Shown: in pieces, positions 13,101 to 25,957 of the stretch
Position numbering within the stretch: the first letter of the stretch is position 1
Layout: each line of letters starts with the position of its first letter
Made by a program: the position numbers and the translations under genes
The notes under the pieces: generated by a model
The model's input: the letters and a program-made list of their open reading frames with translations, nothing else
Databases searched by the model: none
What the model was told of the DNA's origin: nothing
Source of the DNA: Eledone cirrhosa
Taxonomy: Eukaryota
DNA length: 64,000 nt
Reading direction: 5' to 3'
Assembly: GCA_964016885.1 (NCBI GenBank)
Contig: OZ024753.1
Location: 29,884,001 to 29,948,000 of the forward strand

Positions 13101-14180
13101 CGGTTATTTGGGAGGTAGTGAGCATCAGTGTCTCATAGAAACTGTCTTTTATAGCGCCAGGCAGTCCGGATTGGGGCGCGTACACAGATATTATCGTCAC
13201 AGTAGTTCTATTTAGAACAAGTCTTATTTTAATTATTCTGTCGTTTACTCTATTTACATCTATTATCTTATCCACCCATTTTTCTGCTAACATGATTCCT
13301 ACCCCACCCAGCCCATTGTCATTTCCCACCCAGAAAAGCTTATAGCATCGTTTTTTACCCACAATGAATCTAGCAGACCCGCCCCTCCACCTGGTCTCTT
13401 GGATACAGCAGACATCAACCTCCTTACGTTCAAGCATTTCTACAACCTCGTTAGAGCGGCCTTTTAAGGTCCCTACATTCATGGTACCAACTCTGAAGTT
13501 TTGGATTGCGTTTGGTGGGATGCAGGGAGGGGTGAGGTAGATGGGGTTGGGGTTATGTTGGCCATCCACGGCCACAACAAAGAGGAGGGGCGTTGCCCTT
13601 TCGTCCGGCAGCATGAGGTGAATTTGTCGCTATCTTTTGCATTGTCTTCGGGTGTCCAGATTCTTCAGACTCTCCAGAAATTCCCTAGTTCATCCATCAT
13701 ATCGAAAAGCAACCAGAAGTGATAGCATAGGCCGTTGACTTGTGATTGGTCCAAATAATAAGGTGGAGAGTGGGGGCGAGAGGGAGGGGTATGGGGTAGT
13801 TTGCGAGGAGCAGACTTATTTATTTTTTTTAGAACAGTGAGACAGAATTACAGAAAGACAATTATGAATACGATTTTTTTGATTCTGGGGGATTATAAGA
13901 TATATAGATGAATGAACCGAAGGGTGGGGTGGAGAGTTGAGAAGAAAATGAGATATGTACGTTACATTTCTTAGAAGTAGACTGACCGACCGACCATCAT
14001 AATAGTTGACAAATTCTGAGTTTTGTCCCCCGTAACAAGACTTATTTATATTTGGTTGGCAGGGAGTGAGAGAGCAGTGTATATGATAGTGAGAGGGTGA
14101 GAGGCGATTTTAGCGGGCCGAGAGAGAGAGAGGCCATTTCTATGAATCCTGGCAAAATTTTTCGGCCAAAATGGTTGCGG
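10108..14180 (-). mobile_element. Near full-length RTE-clade non-LTR retrotransposon
   Basis: Single APE-RT reading frame, ~390-nt 3' UTR ending GGACGTTAAAC(GAT)n, ~560-nt 5' region. Candidate TSD GAATATAT at 10100-10107 and 14181-14188. Confidence 0.92.
10497..13614 (-). pseudogene. RTE ORF: APE endonuclease + reverse transcriptase with embedded PHD-type finger, disabled
   Basis: APE motifs GTMNVGTL, CIQETRW, SVYAPQ, AGDINGH. RT motifs NYRGI, FVDLEKAFD, GVHQGSVLSP, YADD, FRYLG. The two listed ORFs are in one frame, split by TAG at 11797-11799 (M*FGFV, expected Q). A 26-bp deletion near 10636 relative to the 33729 and 60046 copies frameshifts the C-terminus. Confidence 0.92.
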
Positions 14181-14237
<57 letters not shown>

Positions 14238-15939
14238 CACACACATACATAAGCACACACAAACACACAATTCTGTCTGTGCATGATGACTGCATCAGTA
14301 TGAACATATTAAGACAAATGACTGGTACATGTTTGATAAAGAAATATTGGTTGGTGATGTGATAGTGGAAGGAAACCATAAGAAAGATAGGTCAGAATAG
14401 AATTACACATTAAAAAAATAGGCAAAAAAAAAAAATAGTTATACCAGAGCTGAGAACATTGGGCCCTGCAGATAAGATGACACAAGATTGAGATGTATGT
14501 AAGATGCTGTTTGGCAGAATTGTTATTGTAGTTGTGGTTGCTTCATTTTGTTGCAATTTTGGTTGAAGTGGCAAAATGGCTTCAACTGGATATGGTTTGA
14601 GATTTGAAAATTCTGTAGAGAACATGGCCTTAATGACTGTGCCTCAAGCAAGTTTGGTTGAGTAATTTGCATTCCTTTCAGAATATGTTCCATGCCGAAA
14701 GGGTTACTATATTAGTGTCATTGCAGACATCTCAAACTCATGTCCAGTTAGAAAAATAATGATAAGCATCTTAGAAAATGGCATTTTATTTTTTATTTCT
14801 ATATATTTTTTTGTGTAGGGAGGCGAGGGGACATTAATCTGGATATACAGCTGAAAGGTGTTCATTTATAGCTATTATTATTGTTGGATAGTCTTATTGA
14901 GTTCTACCATGGTATATACTACTATGGTACACAACAGTGGTTCCCAAAATGTGCACCTTGATATACTGGTGCACTGCAAAAGAGCAGGATTTTATTTCAC
15001 AATGTGAAAAACACAAACTGAAATTCCTATGAAAGTTCATTTATAACTATCAAAGAAGAGAATAACTAAACTAAGACTGTTTCACGTTTCTCATTGATAA
15101 CTTTCCTCCATTTATTGACAAAAGAAACAAGTACAAATAACGTCTCTATCATCATCATCGTTTAATGTCCATTTTTTCCATGCTTGCATGTGTCAGATTT
15201 GAATAAAATGGTGTCTTCCTTCCCTTGACACCATAAGCATGCTCTTATTTTGCTTAATGGTTAAACCAGCCCTACATATTTAGCTTGTTCCCTAATACAC
15301 ATTCTGTAATATTCCATGTGGTTACATAAAATATAGTGTAGTAGTCAGTACATGATGCGATTTTTTTTTATTTATTTATTTTTTTTTTTTTTAAATATCA
15401 GTTTTGATGGTAGCAATAGCCATAGTGACCAAAGTATTTGATGTCTTGGAGAAGAATCCATTGTATTGAGTACCAACTTAATTTATTATTCTTCCTACTA
15501 TCATAATGGTCATTAATCTATTTTTTGATGTTGGCAAAAGTTAGAATGTTTTATTTCACTTCTTCAAATGTTCTGGCATAAGTTATGTCTTCTTAAAAGA
15601 GTGACTTTCTAATTTGTATATATTAGTCTATAACTAGAGAAGAGATTTTATTGCTAAATCTTTTTCTCCAATCTCTTTATAATGTTTAACTGCTATCATC
15701 CTGTAATGATTTAGTAGAAAATATCTAAAAACAGTTTTATTAAATCAAATATTTATAGTATCTTTACTTGTTGACAGATGGTTATGAACATTTACAGTAT
15801 TAGAGTAAATGCTTCATTGTCTGATGTGATACAGTCATAGTTCTGTTTTATACTTTTCAATAATGCAACTATGCTGATCTCCTAAACCTAGTCTTTTTGA
15901 CCTCCTTTATGGAATTCACCATTTCATCACTTTTTCTCA

Positions 15940-16590
15940 TTTATTTCTTGGCCTTCCTCTCCTTCAGGTTTCTTCTACATGGATTGCTTGCCATTTGAAC
16001 CTACAGTCATCCTCCACACAAATTACATGTCCAGTCAAGCTCAGTCTTCTTTCTTGCAGACTACTCTTGATTCTTCTGGTACCTAATTTTTCTCTCGGGT
16101 CATTCATGCTCCATTTTTCATACACACCAGCATTACACATCCAGTGAAACATACTCACCAGCATTACACATCCAGTGAAACATACACACCAGCATTACAC
16201 ATCCAGTGAAACATACTCACCTCATTTCTTTCCAGCCTTCAAACACCTTTCATATCCAATGCTCTTGTTTTGCTGCCATGCAACATTGCATTTTGTATGC
16301 AGATATCTATCATACAATCTACTCTTCACTGGAGAGAAAATCCCTTTGTTGCCAGCAGAGATAAAAATCCTTCTAACCTTTCTCCCCCAACTCCCACCCT
16401 GTCCCATTTTTACTCTGGTCACTATGCTTTCTAAACACCCACCTCTACTGCTAATTAGGTCATTTCTGTAAGAGAAGCTGTCAACTGCTTCTAGAGAGCC
16501 ACCATCCCTCTGGGCATTTGAAAGAATGTATTTTATGGGTGCTCTTACTGCTAACTACTCATGCACATTTTCTGCATACAAAGTTCTTCC
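15940..16590 (-). mobile_element. Old degenerate RTE 3' coding fragment
   Basis: Translated remnants match the RTE C-terminus (SMFHWMCN, REKLGTRRIK..LQERRL..GHV, KSRLYD). Contains a 31-bp unit repeated three times at ~16123-16222. Confidence 0.75.
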
Positions 16591-16845
16591 TTTCTGTATT
16601 TATTTATTTATTTATTTTTTTTTTTTTTGGTTATTAAAAAAAAAATTATTGTAGGATTTCTCTGTATTCACAATTTTATGTCCAGTAGATAAAAACACAT
16701 AAGTTTTTGAAATTTAGTTGCATTGCAAAAGCTGCTGCCTTGAAATTATTAATTTATTAATTTATTATTAATATGTAAAAATAAATAAATAAATAAATAA
16801 ATTAATTAATAATAATAATAATAATGGTAGTAGCAGTAATGATAA

Positions 16846-17375
16846 TAATAGTAATAATAATGCTTTCTTTATTAACCACAAGGGTTTACATAAAGTAGAC
16901 ATTAAGGACAGTACAGGACAATACAGGATGGTACAAATGGGCATTTCTGCGTGTAAAAAAAAACAGAGGATGTAATAAAAAATAACAATGAAAAATTCCC
17001 CAATAGGGGGGGGGACTTCCAAGGGACATTTGTGGAGAAAGCCCATTAAAAGGCCACAGTGACCCTGACCACCAGGGCAAGTGCCCTCTCCCAGTTTTCC
17101 ACCTTTAATTTACAGACACATACTCAGAGTAGGCCCATTCACTCGGGCCATTCTTGCTTTTCTCACCCATCTTTCAACAAAATGCTGGGAAGAGAGCACT
17201 TTCCTCTCTACCCTGATTTTCCTTTTCAAATGAAATTTGAAAAAGTTAATCAGGGCATCACCGAAGAGGTAAGTGCTCGTCTTCAGCCCTTTCAAACGTG
17301 TCCACCATACTATCTCTTTCACCATGGCCACCAGACAGATAAAAACTGCCTGCCCTTCCCGGCTAAAGGATGGAC
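16846..17375 (-). mobile_element. L1/Tx1-like LINE 3' fragment
   Basis: ORF 17110-17331 (AMVKEIVWWTR...FVERW) resembles Tx1-type ORF2 C-termini. Followed by a 3' UTR, AATAAA and an (ATT)n tail. Confidence 0.6.
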
Positions 17376-17391
17376 AATAATAATAGTAATA

Positions 17392-17833
17392 ATAATTGTT
17401 TCTACTTTTGGCACAAGGCCAGCAATTATCCCAGTGTATTACTGGTACTTTATTTTATCGACCCCCGTAAGGATGAATAAATTAATAATAATAGTAGTAG
17501 TAGTAGTAATAATAATTGTTTCTATTTTTGGCACAAGGCCAGCAATTATCCCAGTGTATTACTGGTACTTTATTTTATTGACCCCATAAGGATGAATAAA
17601 TTAATAATAATAGTAGTAGTAGTAGTAGTAGTAGTAATAATAATTGTTTCTATTTTTGGCACAAGGCCAGCAATTATCCCAGTGTATTACTGGTACTTTA
17701 TTTTATTGACCCCGTAATGATGAAAGGCAAAGTTAACCTCGGCGGGATTTGAACTCAGACCATAAAAGGCCGTAACTTTTTGCTGCAAAGCATGGCCCCC
17801 GACCCTCTACTGATACTGCCAATCCACCGCCCT
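17392..17833 (-). mobile_element. Meta/MESC-like SINE with triplicated 3' half
   Basis: Full copy at 17641-17833 plus two extra ~85-bp 3' units (from ~17394 and ~17513) separated by (TAA/TAG)n. Confidence 0.75.
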
Positions 17834-19569
17834 TTATAATAGTAAAAATAATAATAATAATTCCACCACCACCAACAACAACAACAGCTCTTCACTATGT
17901 CATTTATTACCAAGCTCTCTCTCTCTCTTGATTTCATATTTCAGTCGACCCTATTTGCAAAATTGATTTTCTTTTTTACTGTTATTTTCCTCCATTTTCC
18001 CCCTCCAAGTTCATTTATCATATTTTCTCTCCCTCTCACCACCCAATACAATATAATTATTCAACTTCTGTGTATTTCCCAGCATCTCTTATTCAAGTTT
18101 AAAAAAATACTCCCCCACCACCTTAACGTCAAGGTGATTACGTACGCCGGTGTTGTTGTAGGCATCTTACTCGTCAATGAGGCTCCCACCCTGGTGGAGT
18201 TTTACTCTTTTTACTACGTCATTCTTTATTTTATTGTAATTTTTTTTTTAAATGTTATTTTTATTTATTATTATTATTTTATTTTTTTTGTAATATATTT
18301 CCTCGTTTATATTACCTTCCTTTCCTGCCCCGCCCACTCCTGTTACTACAGTGCATGTGCACGCACGCACGCACATACAAGTTAGGCCAAAGATATGCTG
18401 GTTTCTCTTGCTGCTGGCTTTTTTCTTTCCCCTTGTCAGCCCAAACTCACCTCATGACCACAACCCTGAAATCATTTTCCTACCACCCTTAACCCCTTTT
18501 CTTTACTTTTAAAAGGACATTTTCCATTTACTATCTCTCTCTTTGTATACCCCTCCACCTATCTACTATATTTTACTCTCTCCCAATCCCATTTTTAGAT
18601 CTTTATATACTCCCCCACCTTTTTTTTTATTACTGAATATGTGTGTATATATATATATGAATGAATATGTGTGTTTGTGTTATCTCTCTATGTGCTTGCT
18701 TCTCTGCACTTGTGTTGCTGTATGTGTGTGTGTTTATCTTTGATGCATACATTTGCTGGTTTATATCTGTGATTGAGTGTGTGCATGTGCTTGTCTAGTT
18801 ACACATCCATATATATACATATGTGTGTGTGTGTGTTCATGCAAGTGTGTGCATGCATGCATGTGTGTGTGTGTGCTGCTAAGACTCTCTCCAGAGAAGT
18901 AAGGCACACATACTGGTTCCATGTTATTATGCAAATTCAGATCTTCTCTTGTTTGTCTCCATTCACATGCACACGCGCCTGTGAATATTTCGATCTGCTG
19001 CTGCTGAGGGTATTCTTTTTTTTTTTTCTTTTTAATATATTTTTTCCTCCTTCAGGGAAGCTTATATCTGGGGGAAGGGGATATCCGCCCTGTGAATGTT
19101 AGTTTTGTGTCCCAGGAGTGTTCTGTTATAGATGACACAAGGACAGAGCTTATATCAGTGAATTCCAGATTAATGTTGCATGCCATGGCAAGCACAGGAC
19201 CTGTCCAGTGTTGGAGGAGGACAGGGATTGCTGAACAGCAGGGACTTTCCGCAGTAGTCTAATCTGCTGTGTCATTGGGAAAAATTAAACTCTTCCTTTC
19301 CTTTTACACTCTCTCATATTCTCTCAAATACAAACCAGCATGAAATATATACACATACACACACACAAACCAGTGTAAGATGTATATATATATATATATA
19401 TACATACACATGCATGTGCGCGCACACACGTGTGTCCTCTCACAGGAGACAAATTGCAATTGTATTTCCTGCATGGTGATGTTTGCATGCACACACACCA
19501 TCGTCATCATGACCATCATTTTACATCCGTTTACCCATATGTAATGTGTATGTGTGTGTGTGTATATAT

Positions 19570-19684
19570 ATCATCATCATCATCATCTTCGTTTAACGTC
19601 CATCTTCCACGCTAGCATGGGTTAGACGGGAGTTGTCCCACTTGAGGCAAGGTTGGTCGGGTGACCATGTCTCGCTCATATAGG
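19570..19684 (-). mobile_element. RTE 3' tail fragment
   Basis: Near-duplicate of 20070-20180, with (TCA)n tail. Confidence 0.75.
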
Positions 19685-19746
19685 TCTATATATATAGAGG
19701 TAAGGGTTGGCACGAAAACCAAATTGAAGATACCTCTCTTCTGATT

Positions 19747-19967
19747 ACAAAACGAGGTTTCACATTGATGCTTTTATTGATTAGGCTCAGTTACAAACGT
19801 CTCACAGATGGGTGGCTCAGGATCCATATTAGTGATATAAACCCGACTCCAGCTCTAGTCTCTATAACACTTATATGGATGGTTGAATGGATGCTGAGCC
19901 ACTCATCTGTGAAGCGTTTGTAACTGAGCCTAATCAATAAAAACCTCAATGTGAAACCTTGTTTTGT
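19747..19967. repeat. Inverted repeat (81-bp arms, 59-bp spacer), probable Penelope-type fold-back
   Basis: Arms 19747-19827 / 19887-19967 are reverse complements with a few mismatches. AATAAA in each arm, TA-rich flanks. Confidence 0.65.
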
Positions 19968-20069
19968 TCTTAAAATATATATAATCTGGTATAGCATAGT
20001 GCTGATATTGATACCTTCCTCAGTACACCACACATCTATGAATCACTTTTTATAAATATATATATATTA

Positions 20070-21170
20070 TCATCATCATCATCATCATTTAACATCTATC
20101 TTCCACGCTAGCATGGGTTAGATGGGAGTTGTCCCAATTTGAGGCAAGGTTGGTCGGGTGACCGTGTCACGCTCATATAGGACTATCTGGCAGGTTTTCT
20201 ACGGCTGGATGCCCTTCCTAACACCAACTACATTTACAGTGTGGACTGGGAACTTTTTACCGTGTTACCTACACGGCCACATTACACCTACCTGATCTCG
20301 ATTTGGACTGGATGTTGTGGTACCAACTTTACAGAGAAAGGGTGGTGTTGGTGGAAGTGGGAGCAAGGAGTGGGGTGTATATTTGGTTAAGAGGTGCCTA
20401 CTGACTGTAGGTTTCGCTTTGTACATAGGCAAGGCGGGTCTTCTGTATTACTGCGTGGCGCCAAAGATCTCGGTCCAGTGACATTGTCTTAGAGAGGTGC
20501 AAGTGTGTAAGGTTGGAATTTATCAATTCGTCCCAGGTTTTTCTGGGTCTACCTACTCCGTAACTTCCATCAATTTTGATCGCCCTGTACTTTTTTATAC
20601 AGCTGTCGTCTTTCATGTGCATCACGTGAACATACGAACGTAGTCTTCTCTCAAGTAAACAGCATCTGATCCCTCTTATTCCTAATTTCTCACTTAGTTC
20701 ACATATATTACTACTACACATCCAACGGAGCATGCATGCTTCGTTCCTTTCCAGTCTGTGTAGGTCCCCTGCACACAATGCCCATGTCTCACTGCCATGT
20801 AGCATTGCTGTTCATATACAGGTATCATACAATCTGCCTTTCATTTTTAGAGAGAAACTTTTTGTGGCTAACAGTGATATAAGCTCTCTGAACTTTTTCC
20901 ACCCTGTTCTGACTCTGGCTACTGTACTTTCAGAGCACCCTCCACCACTGCTGATTTTGTCACCCAGGTAACAGAAAATGTCCACTATTTCTATAGAACC
21001 ATCTGGGCAATAGAAGGAACTAGTATCGTGTGGGCACTTGCTACTTATTGCACCTGAGCATCGGCCACATATAAAATCTACGTTCTTAGATAGTTTACCT
21101 GTGATCTACATTTTTTTTATGTACCCATAGTTTGCATTTGGGACATAAAATGGAATTTCTACCTACTCCT
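20070..21170 (-). mobile_element. RTE LINE, 5'-truncated, related subfamily
   Basis: ORF 20398-20805 ([10 protein letters not shown]...[10 protein letters not shown]) plus 3' UTR and (GAT)n tail. Truncated within the PHD-coding segment. Confidence 0.88.
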
Positions 21171-21293
21171 ATACTTTGGGAGGGTCATGCTGCCATTAAA
21201 AACACACGCACCTGTTGGTTTTTCCCACAGTATAACAATATGTTTCAACACACGTTTTCAGATAAAAAATCTTGCAAAACAAATTCAAAAACG

Positions 21294-21343
<50 letters not shown>

Positions 21344-21426
21344 CATCATCATCATCATCGTTTAACGTCCATCTTCCACGCCAGCTATATATATATCTAT
21401 ATATATATATATCTATACACATACAG

Positions 21427-21646
21427 TTTACTCAGCTGTATAAATGAGATGATAGGGACTGGGGTCCCTATCATTCCACTGTTAAGTGGTCGTGCAGGTG
21501 CCACGGCAAAAAAGCACCCAGCACTCACTGTAAATGAGGTTGGTGTTAGGAAGGGCACCCAGCTGTAGAAATCAAGCCAGAATCAGTTCCCGTCCCACCC
21601 TTGCAAGCAGGGAAAAAGCGGACGTAAAATGAAATGATGATGATGA
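21427..21646 (+). mobile_element. 5'-truncated tRNA/CORE-like SINE with RTE-type tail
   Basis: Matches the 3' two-thirds of 41841-42182. Confidence 0.75.
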
Positions 21647-21998
21647 CACACACACTCAAATATAAACCGAGGAATATGTGTTCAGAAAATCGATGGTAGA
21701 AGGGGTCGGTTTATATTTGGGGTCATTATTTTGACAATTTTCCCCAACTTTAAATTCTATATAAATATGGTTTGGATTTTTGCCCATTTCTCAGACCAAG
21801 TGGGGTTGGCTTATATTCGAGTATATAGGATGTGTGTATAGATAAACACACATACATACACGTATACATATATATGCATACATACACGTATACATATATA
21901 TACACACACAAAAACACATACTTATATATATGTGTGTCTATACATATGCGTGTGTATGTGTGAATATGTGAATATATATATATATATATATATATATA

Positions 21999-22076
21999 GA
22001 GGGTGTCCCCAAAATTGTACATACACTTCAACAGCATTCTAATAAATATGTGTATACATTTTGGGGGGACAACCTG
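21999..22076. mobile_element. Tc1/mariner-type MITE (~78 bp)
   Basis: TA flanks and ~28-bp TIRs (C/G)AGGGTGTCC...GGACAACCTG. Relatives at 48932 and 58222. Confidence 0.65.
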
Positions 22077-23862
22077 TATATATACATACATAATTACACG
22101 CATACACCCCTACACACACACACACATATGTACATGTACACACACACATATATTCACACAATGGATCCTTCAGAATACTTCAGCATCCATAGTATTCATT
22201 GTTATTGTCTTCGCTCCACTACTTTTCTTTTATTTTCTTAGGCCTACAAATAGATGTGTGCAAGTTAAAGATAATATTTTTTTTTCACCCTTTCTATTGT
22301 CTGTTATAAGCATCTGTCTCTCACACAAATATATTAACATACATACATATATACATACGTGTGTTGTGTGTGTGTGCTTTATTTACATTATCTATTTTTT
22401 CGTATTTAAATCAGTTAGAAGTTAATGGGTAGATCGTTGTATACTAAATATGATCGCAATTTTGAATGGAAAGGTCATTGTATAAAATTCATTATTAATT
22501 TCATTTGTTACTATTTATTATATATTTATTTAAACCAGCTGTAGTAATGCGATAATGTTTGTTTTCAATGTTATTTCTTATTGTATTATTCCAGTAGTTG
22601 AAAGATTTCATTTGTGATAGAAGCGGTGAACTATCTCTTCTAAAAATATTACATATATATATTATATATTTACTTTAAATGAGCACTCTTGATAATTTTT
22701 AATTAGAAATATATTAAAACTAAAGTTTTCATAAGATATATTAAAGTAAATAGGAAGAATAATACAAATTTAGCGATAATACTTGCGACTTGTAAATTCT
22801 TTTTTCATATTTTTCTAATTTAAATTAGAGTTGGTTGCTATAATAAAGGGAGATAATCATGGGAAACAGAGTAGCCTGTCATTGAAGCAGAGACATTAGG
22901 TTTTAATCATAGTTTTACATATGATAGTTTTGCTTTTGCAACGAATCGAGCTTGGTTACTTTTTTCTGTTTATTTATCAGAACTAGATACCTTATTTCCT
23001 CTTAGTAGTCACTGTTACTGTGATAGTTGTTTTTTCCTCCCATACTTAAGTCTTATTACAGAGCTTGCTGTATTTATAAATGAATTACTAGTAATTTTAA
23101 TAATAATAATAATGAAAATGATTGTGTACAATGTTCAGGTGCACTACAACTCATCAAATGTCAGGAAAGTGAACTGTATGAATCATGATATACACATATA
23201 CACACAGATACATGCGTGCGTGTGTATGGAGGAGGAATGTTTTGTGTTTTAAAGGCCATTTTACTTAATTATTTTTATTCAACTGTTATTCTAAGCCTAA
23301 AATACGCTTTCTAATATTCTACTTGTTTTTGATTGTTATGGGGGCGTTCGGTTTTTATTTTTTTTTATTTTTATAATACCTGTTTAATTAATCATTTATC
23401 TAGTCTATTAAGGAACACAATGAGAGATTCTATCACTATTAGATCTGTGAGATCAATGTGGTTAATGTTTAGAAGTCAAAGCTTCAGCAGGAAAAATGTG
23501 GGCAAAGAAGTTCCAGTGTGGTAACATTCTGGAGAAGAAGGACTATAGTAGTTAATGCATGATGAGGTGAGGGTTGTATGCAATGAGTGTCTGGGTAGAT
23601 GTGTTAGGAACCAACTATTTCCATTGGAGCAAAGACAGCTTTGGTAGCAGTATAAAAGTTAAAGAGATGAGACAGTACATTTGTGGGCCAAAGGTTGGAG
23701 TGTGTTGGCAACAACTTCATGCTAATCAATCATGGCTTTTATATTTAAAAAAAAATGTTCTTTATTTTTGGAATGCTGACAAGGTTGTCTGCTTGCTTAG
23801 CAGCAGAACCTTCCCAGATGAGAGCAGTATTCCATTGTGATTCTTATTTGAGCTATGTAGAG

Positions 23863-24161
23863 CAGTGGTCTCCAACGTTTTTAAAACAACGGACCGGCTT
23901 CATGTCAAACAACCTTTCTGAGGACCGGTAGTTGCACATATGTGTTATTTAAGTGCATTTTGATAAAGAGAGCTATATTTAAAAAAGCAATTTATTAAAG
24001 TAGATGAATATTGAATATTTAAACAAATCTTTTTAAATTAAAGTCCAATATTCAATTTATCTATCATATAATTTTAAACAAATTAATTATTTCTTTGCTG
24101 CCCAGTAACAAATGATCCACAGACTGGTACCGGTCCGCGGCTCAGTGTTTGGGGACCTCTG
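23863..24161. mobile_element. hAT (Charlie-like) MITE
   Basis: TIRs CAGTGGTCTCCAAC / TTTGGGGACCTCTG. 8-bp TSD ATGTAGAG / ATGTAGAT (7 of 8 match). Confidence 0.8.
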
Positions 24162-24820
24162 ATGTAGATGGCTAATAGTCATTGGAGGCTGAAGTATTTA
24201 TCAGTTTTTATGATGGTTGTTTGTGTTATGTTGAAAATATTTGCAAGGAAAGATCCTCAGTGATGGTGAAGTCTATAGCATCTGTAGCAACCTTGATTAT
24301 TCTAGTTGAATACTGTTTATGTTAGAGAGTATGAATACAAGAGTGGTAGTACCAACATTTTGTTATTGATTTTTGCTCACTTGGCACCAAGTCAATTTTT
24401 GAAGTGGGGTATAAGAGGAAATAGTTTGAATTATATTATCGATCATGAAATGAAAAGAAAAAATTGGCCATGCTGAGATTTGAACTCTAAAATAGTGAAA
24501 CAAAACTAAATATTGTGTATTAGAAGGAATTTAGTCCAGTGCTCTATGTTTCTGTTAAATGATTACATGAGAAGAAACTTCAATCAATAATAATTATCTT
24601 ATAATTAGTGTTATAGATAAAGTTAAGCACATTAGGGTTCATGTCAGGGACTTAATTCCAATTTTCATTCGAAGTCATTTAATTTCCCCTCAGCTCATTA
24701 ATGTCAATGGTAAAATCGTGACCCTCGCACTGATTCATCTTCTCGTTAAATTTGAAGCTTTAAAATTTATGGAAGACATTACTTTCATTATTGTAATCAG
24801 TGAAGATATTTCTTCAATGC

Positions 24821-24958
24821 ACCCAACACATTCTGTAAAATACACCCAACACAATCTGTAAAATACACCCAGCACATTCTGTAAAATACACCCAACACAA
24901 TCTGTAAAATACACCCAGCACATTCTGTAAAATACACCCAGCACATCCTGTAAAATAC
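24821..24958. repeat. Minisatellite, 23-bp unit x6
   Basis: ACCCA(A/G)CACA(T/A)TCTGTAAAATAC repeated head to tail. Confidence 0.9.
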
Positions 24959-25756
24959 ATCAAATCGGAGTACAAATACCGCCGAGGTTAGCTTTGCCAT
25001 TCATCCTTACAGGGTTGATAAAATAAAGTACCAGTAAACACTGGGGTCAATTTAATTCACTTTCCCCTCCCCTTCAAATTGCTGGCCTTGTGCTTAAAGT
25101 AGAAACAATTATTTCAGATTGAGTTAGTTAATTATGACTTAGTGGATATCTTTTTATGACATTAAGACATATGTGTGTGAATGTGCATGTTATTTTAAAG
25201 CAGTCTAAGTATGCTGATCAAAGTAAATATATTCGCAAAATATTAAAGTTGATATAGTCTAGTGAATTCATTCTACACTCCTTATTATTTTAAATAGTTT
25301 GATGTTAGTTGCATTTTAAGAAGCACAGTTTTGCAGCTGTTCTAAAAGTACATCTGTAAAATGTCCAGACAATTAATAGTAATCTCAAGTTTGGCTCCAG
25401 CCTATCATTCATACTGTATAATCTAGCTTGCCTAAGTCAACAAATATGGGTGTTGAAAGAAGCTCTCTGTGACTAATTCTTAAAACACAATTATGTCTGT
25501 TCAAGTTACTAATTTTATTCTAATTTTTAACAGTTGATATTTTACCACTTTTTTATAAACCCACTTTCAGTCTTTCAGTCTTAGCCTTTTGTAACTATAT
25601 TTCTTATGAAATATACTAGTCAGGTTATAATTGATTTCTAGAAAAATCATGAATTTGAAGGGATTCTGTAAAGTAAATAATGTTGCTAATATTATGCTGG
25701 TGTTTACAACATAATGAACATAACCAAATAAAGAAATCTGACTTCATAAATTTAAA

Positions 25757-25957
25757 TTTAAGCATTTAAACTGCCTGTATCCGGCCAGAATTCCCCCACC
25801 TCTTTCTGTTCAGACTGGCCATAACTAGCTGCTTATACCAACGTTAAGGTATTGTTCTCAAAATAAATAATATCATCATCAAAATCTCGTAAATCCGATA
25901 TTATGTGAGATAAAGCATTTACCACAAAAATACAATAGTAATGTAAATGCTAAAGGG
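25757..25957. mobile_element. piggyBac-type MITE, left TIR damaged
   Basis: Family interior, ends TAAATGCTAAAGGG|TTAA. Confidence 0.72.

Noticed and set aside
10751-13722. Plus-strand ORFs overlapping the LINE
   Set aside because: Antisense shadows of the RTE reading frame with no recognisable motifs.
14020-14040. HDV-like L3 loop (GTCCCCCGTAAC / GTACCTCGTAAC)
   Set aside because: Antisense to the LINE, and P1, P2 and P1.1 could not be built by eye.
10089-14247. 18-bp inverted match in the LINE flanks (TATGTGTGTGTGAATATA)
   Set aside because: Low-complexity TG/TA sequence, expected by chance in this window.
14577-19262. Two short frames both beginning MASTG (near 14577 and 19186)
   Set aside because: Different codons, no similarity beyond five residues and no convincing donors; probably chance.
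23400-23850. Very old LINE 3' remnant on the minus strand (SFFSRMLPHWN), with a similar trace at 135-332
   Set aside because: Too degenerate to assign clade or boundaries.
24821-24958. CRISPR-like appearance of the 23-bp repeats
   Set aside because: Head-to-tail units with no spacers, in a eukaryotic context.
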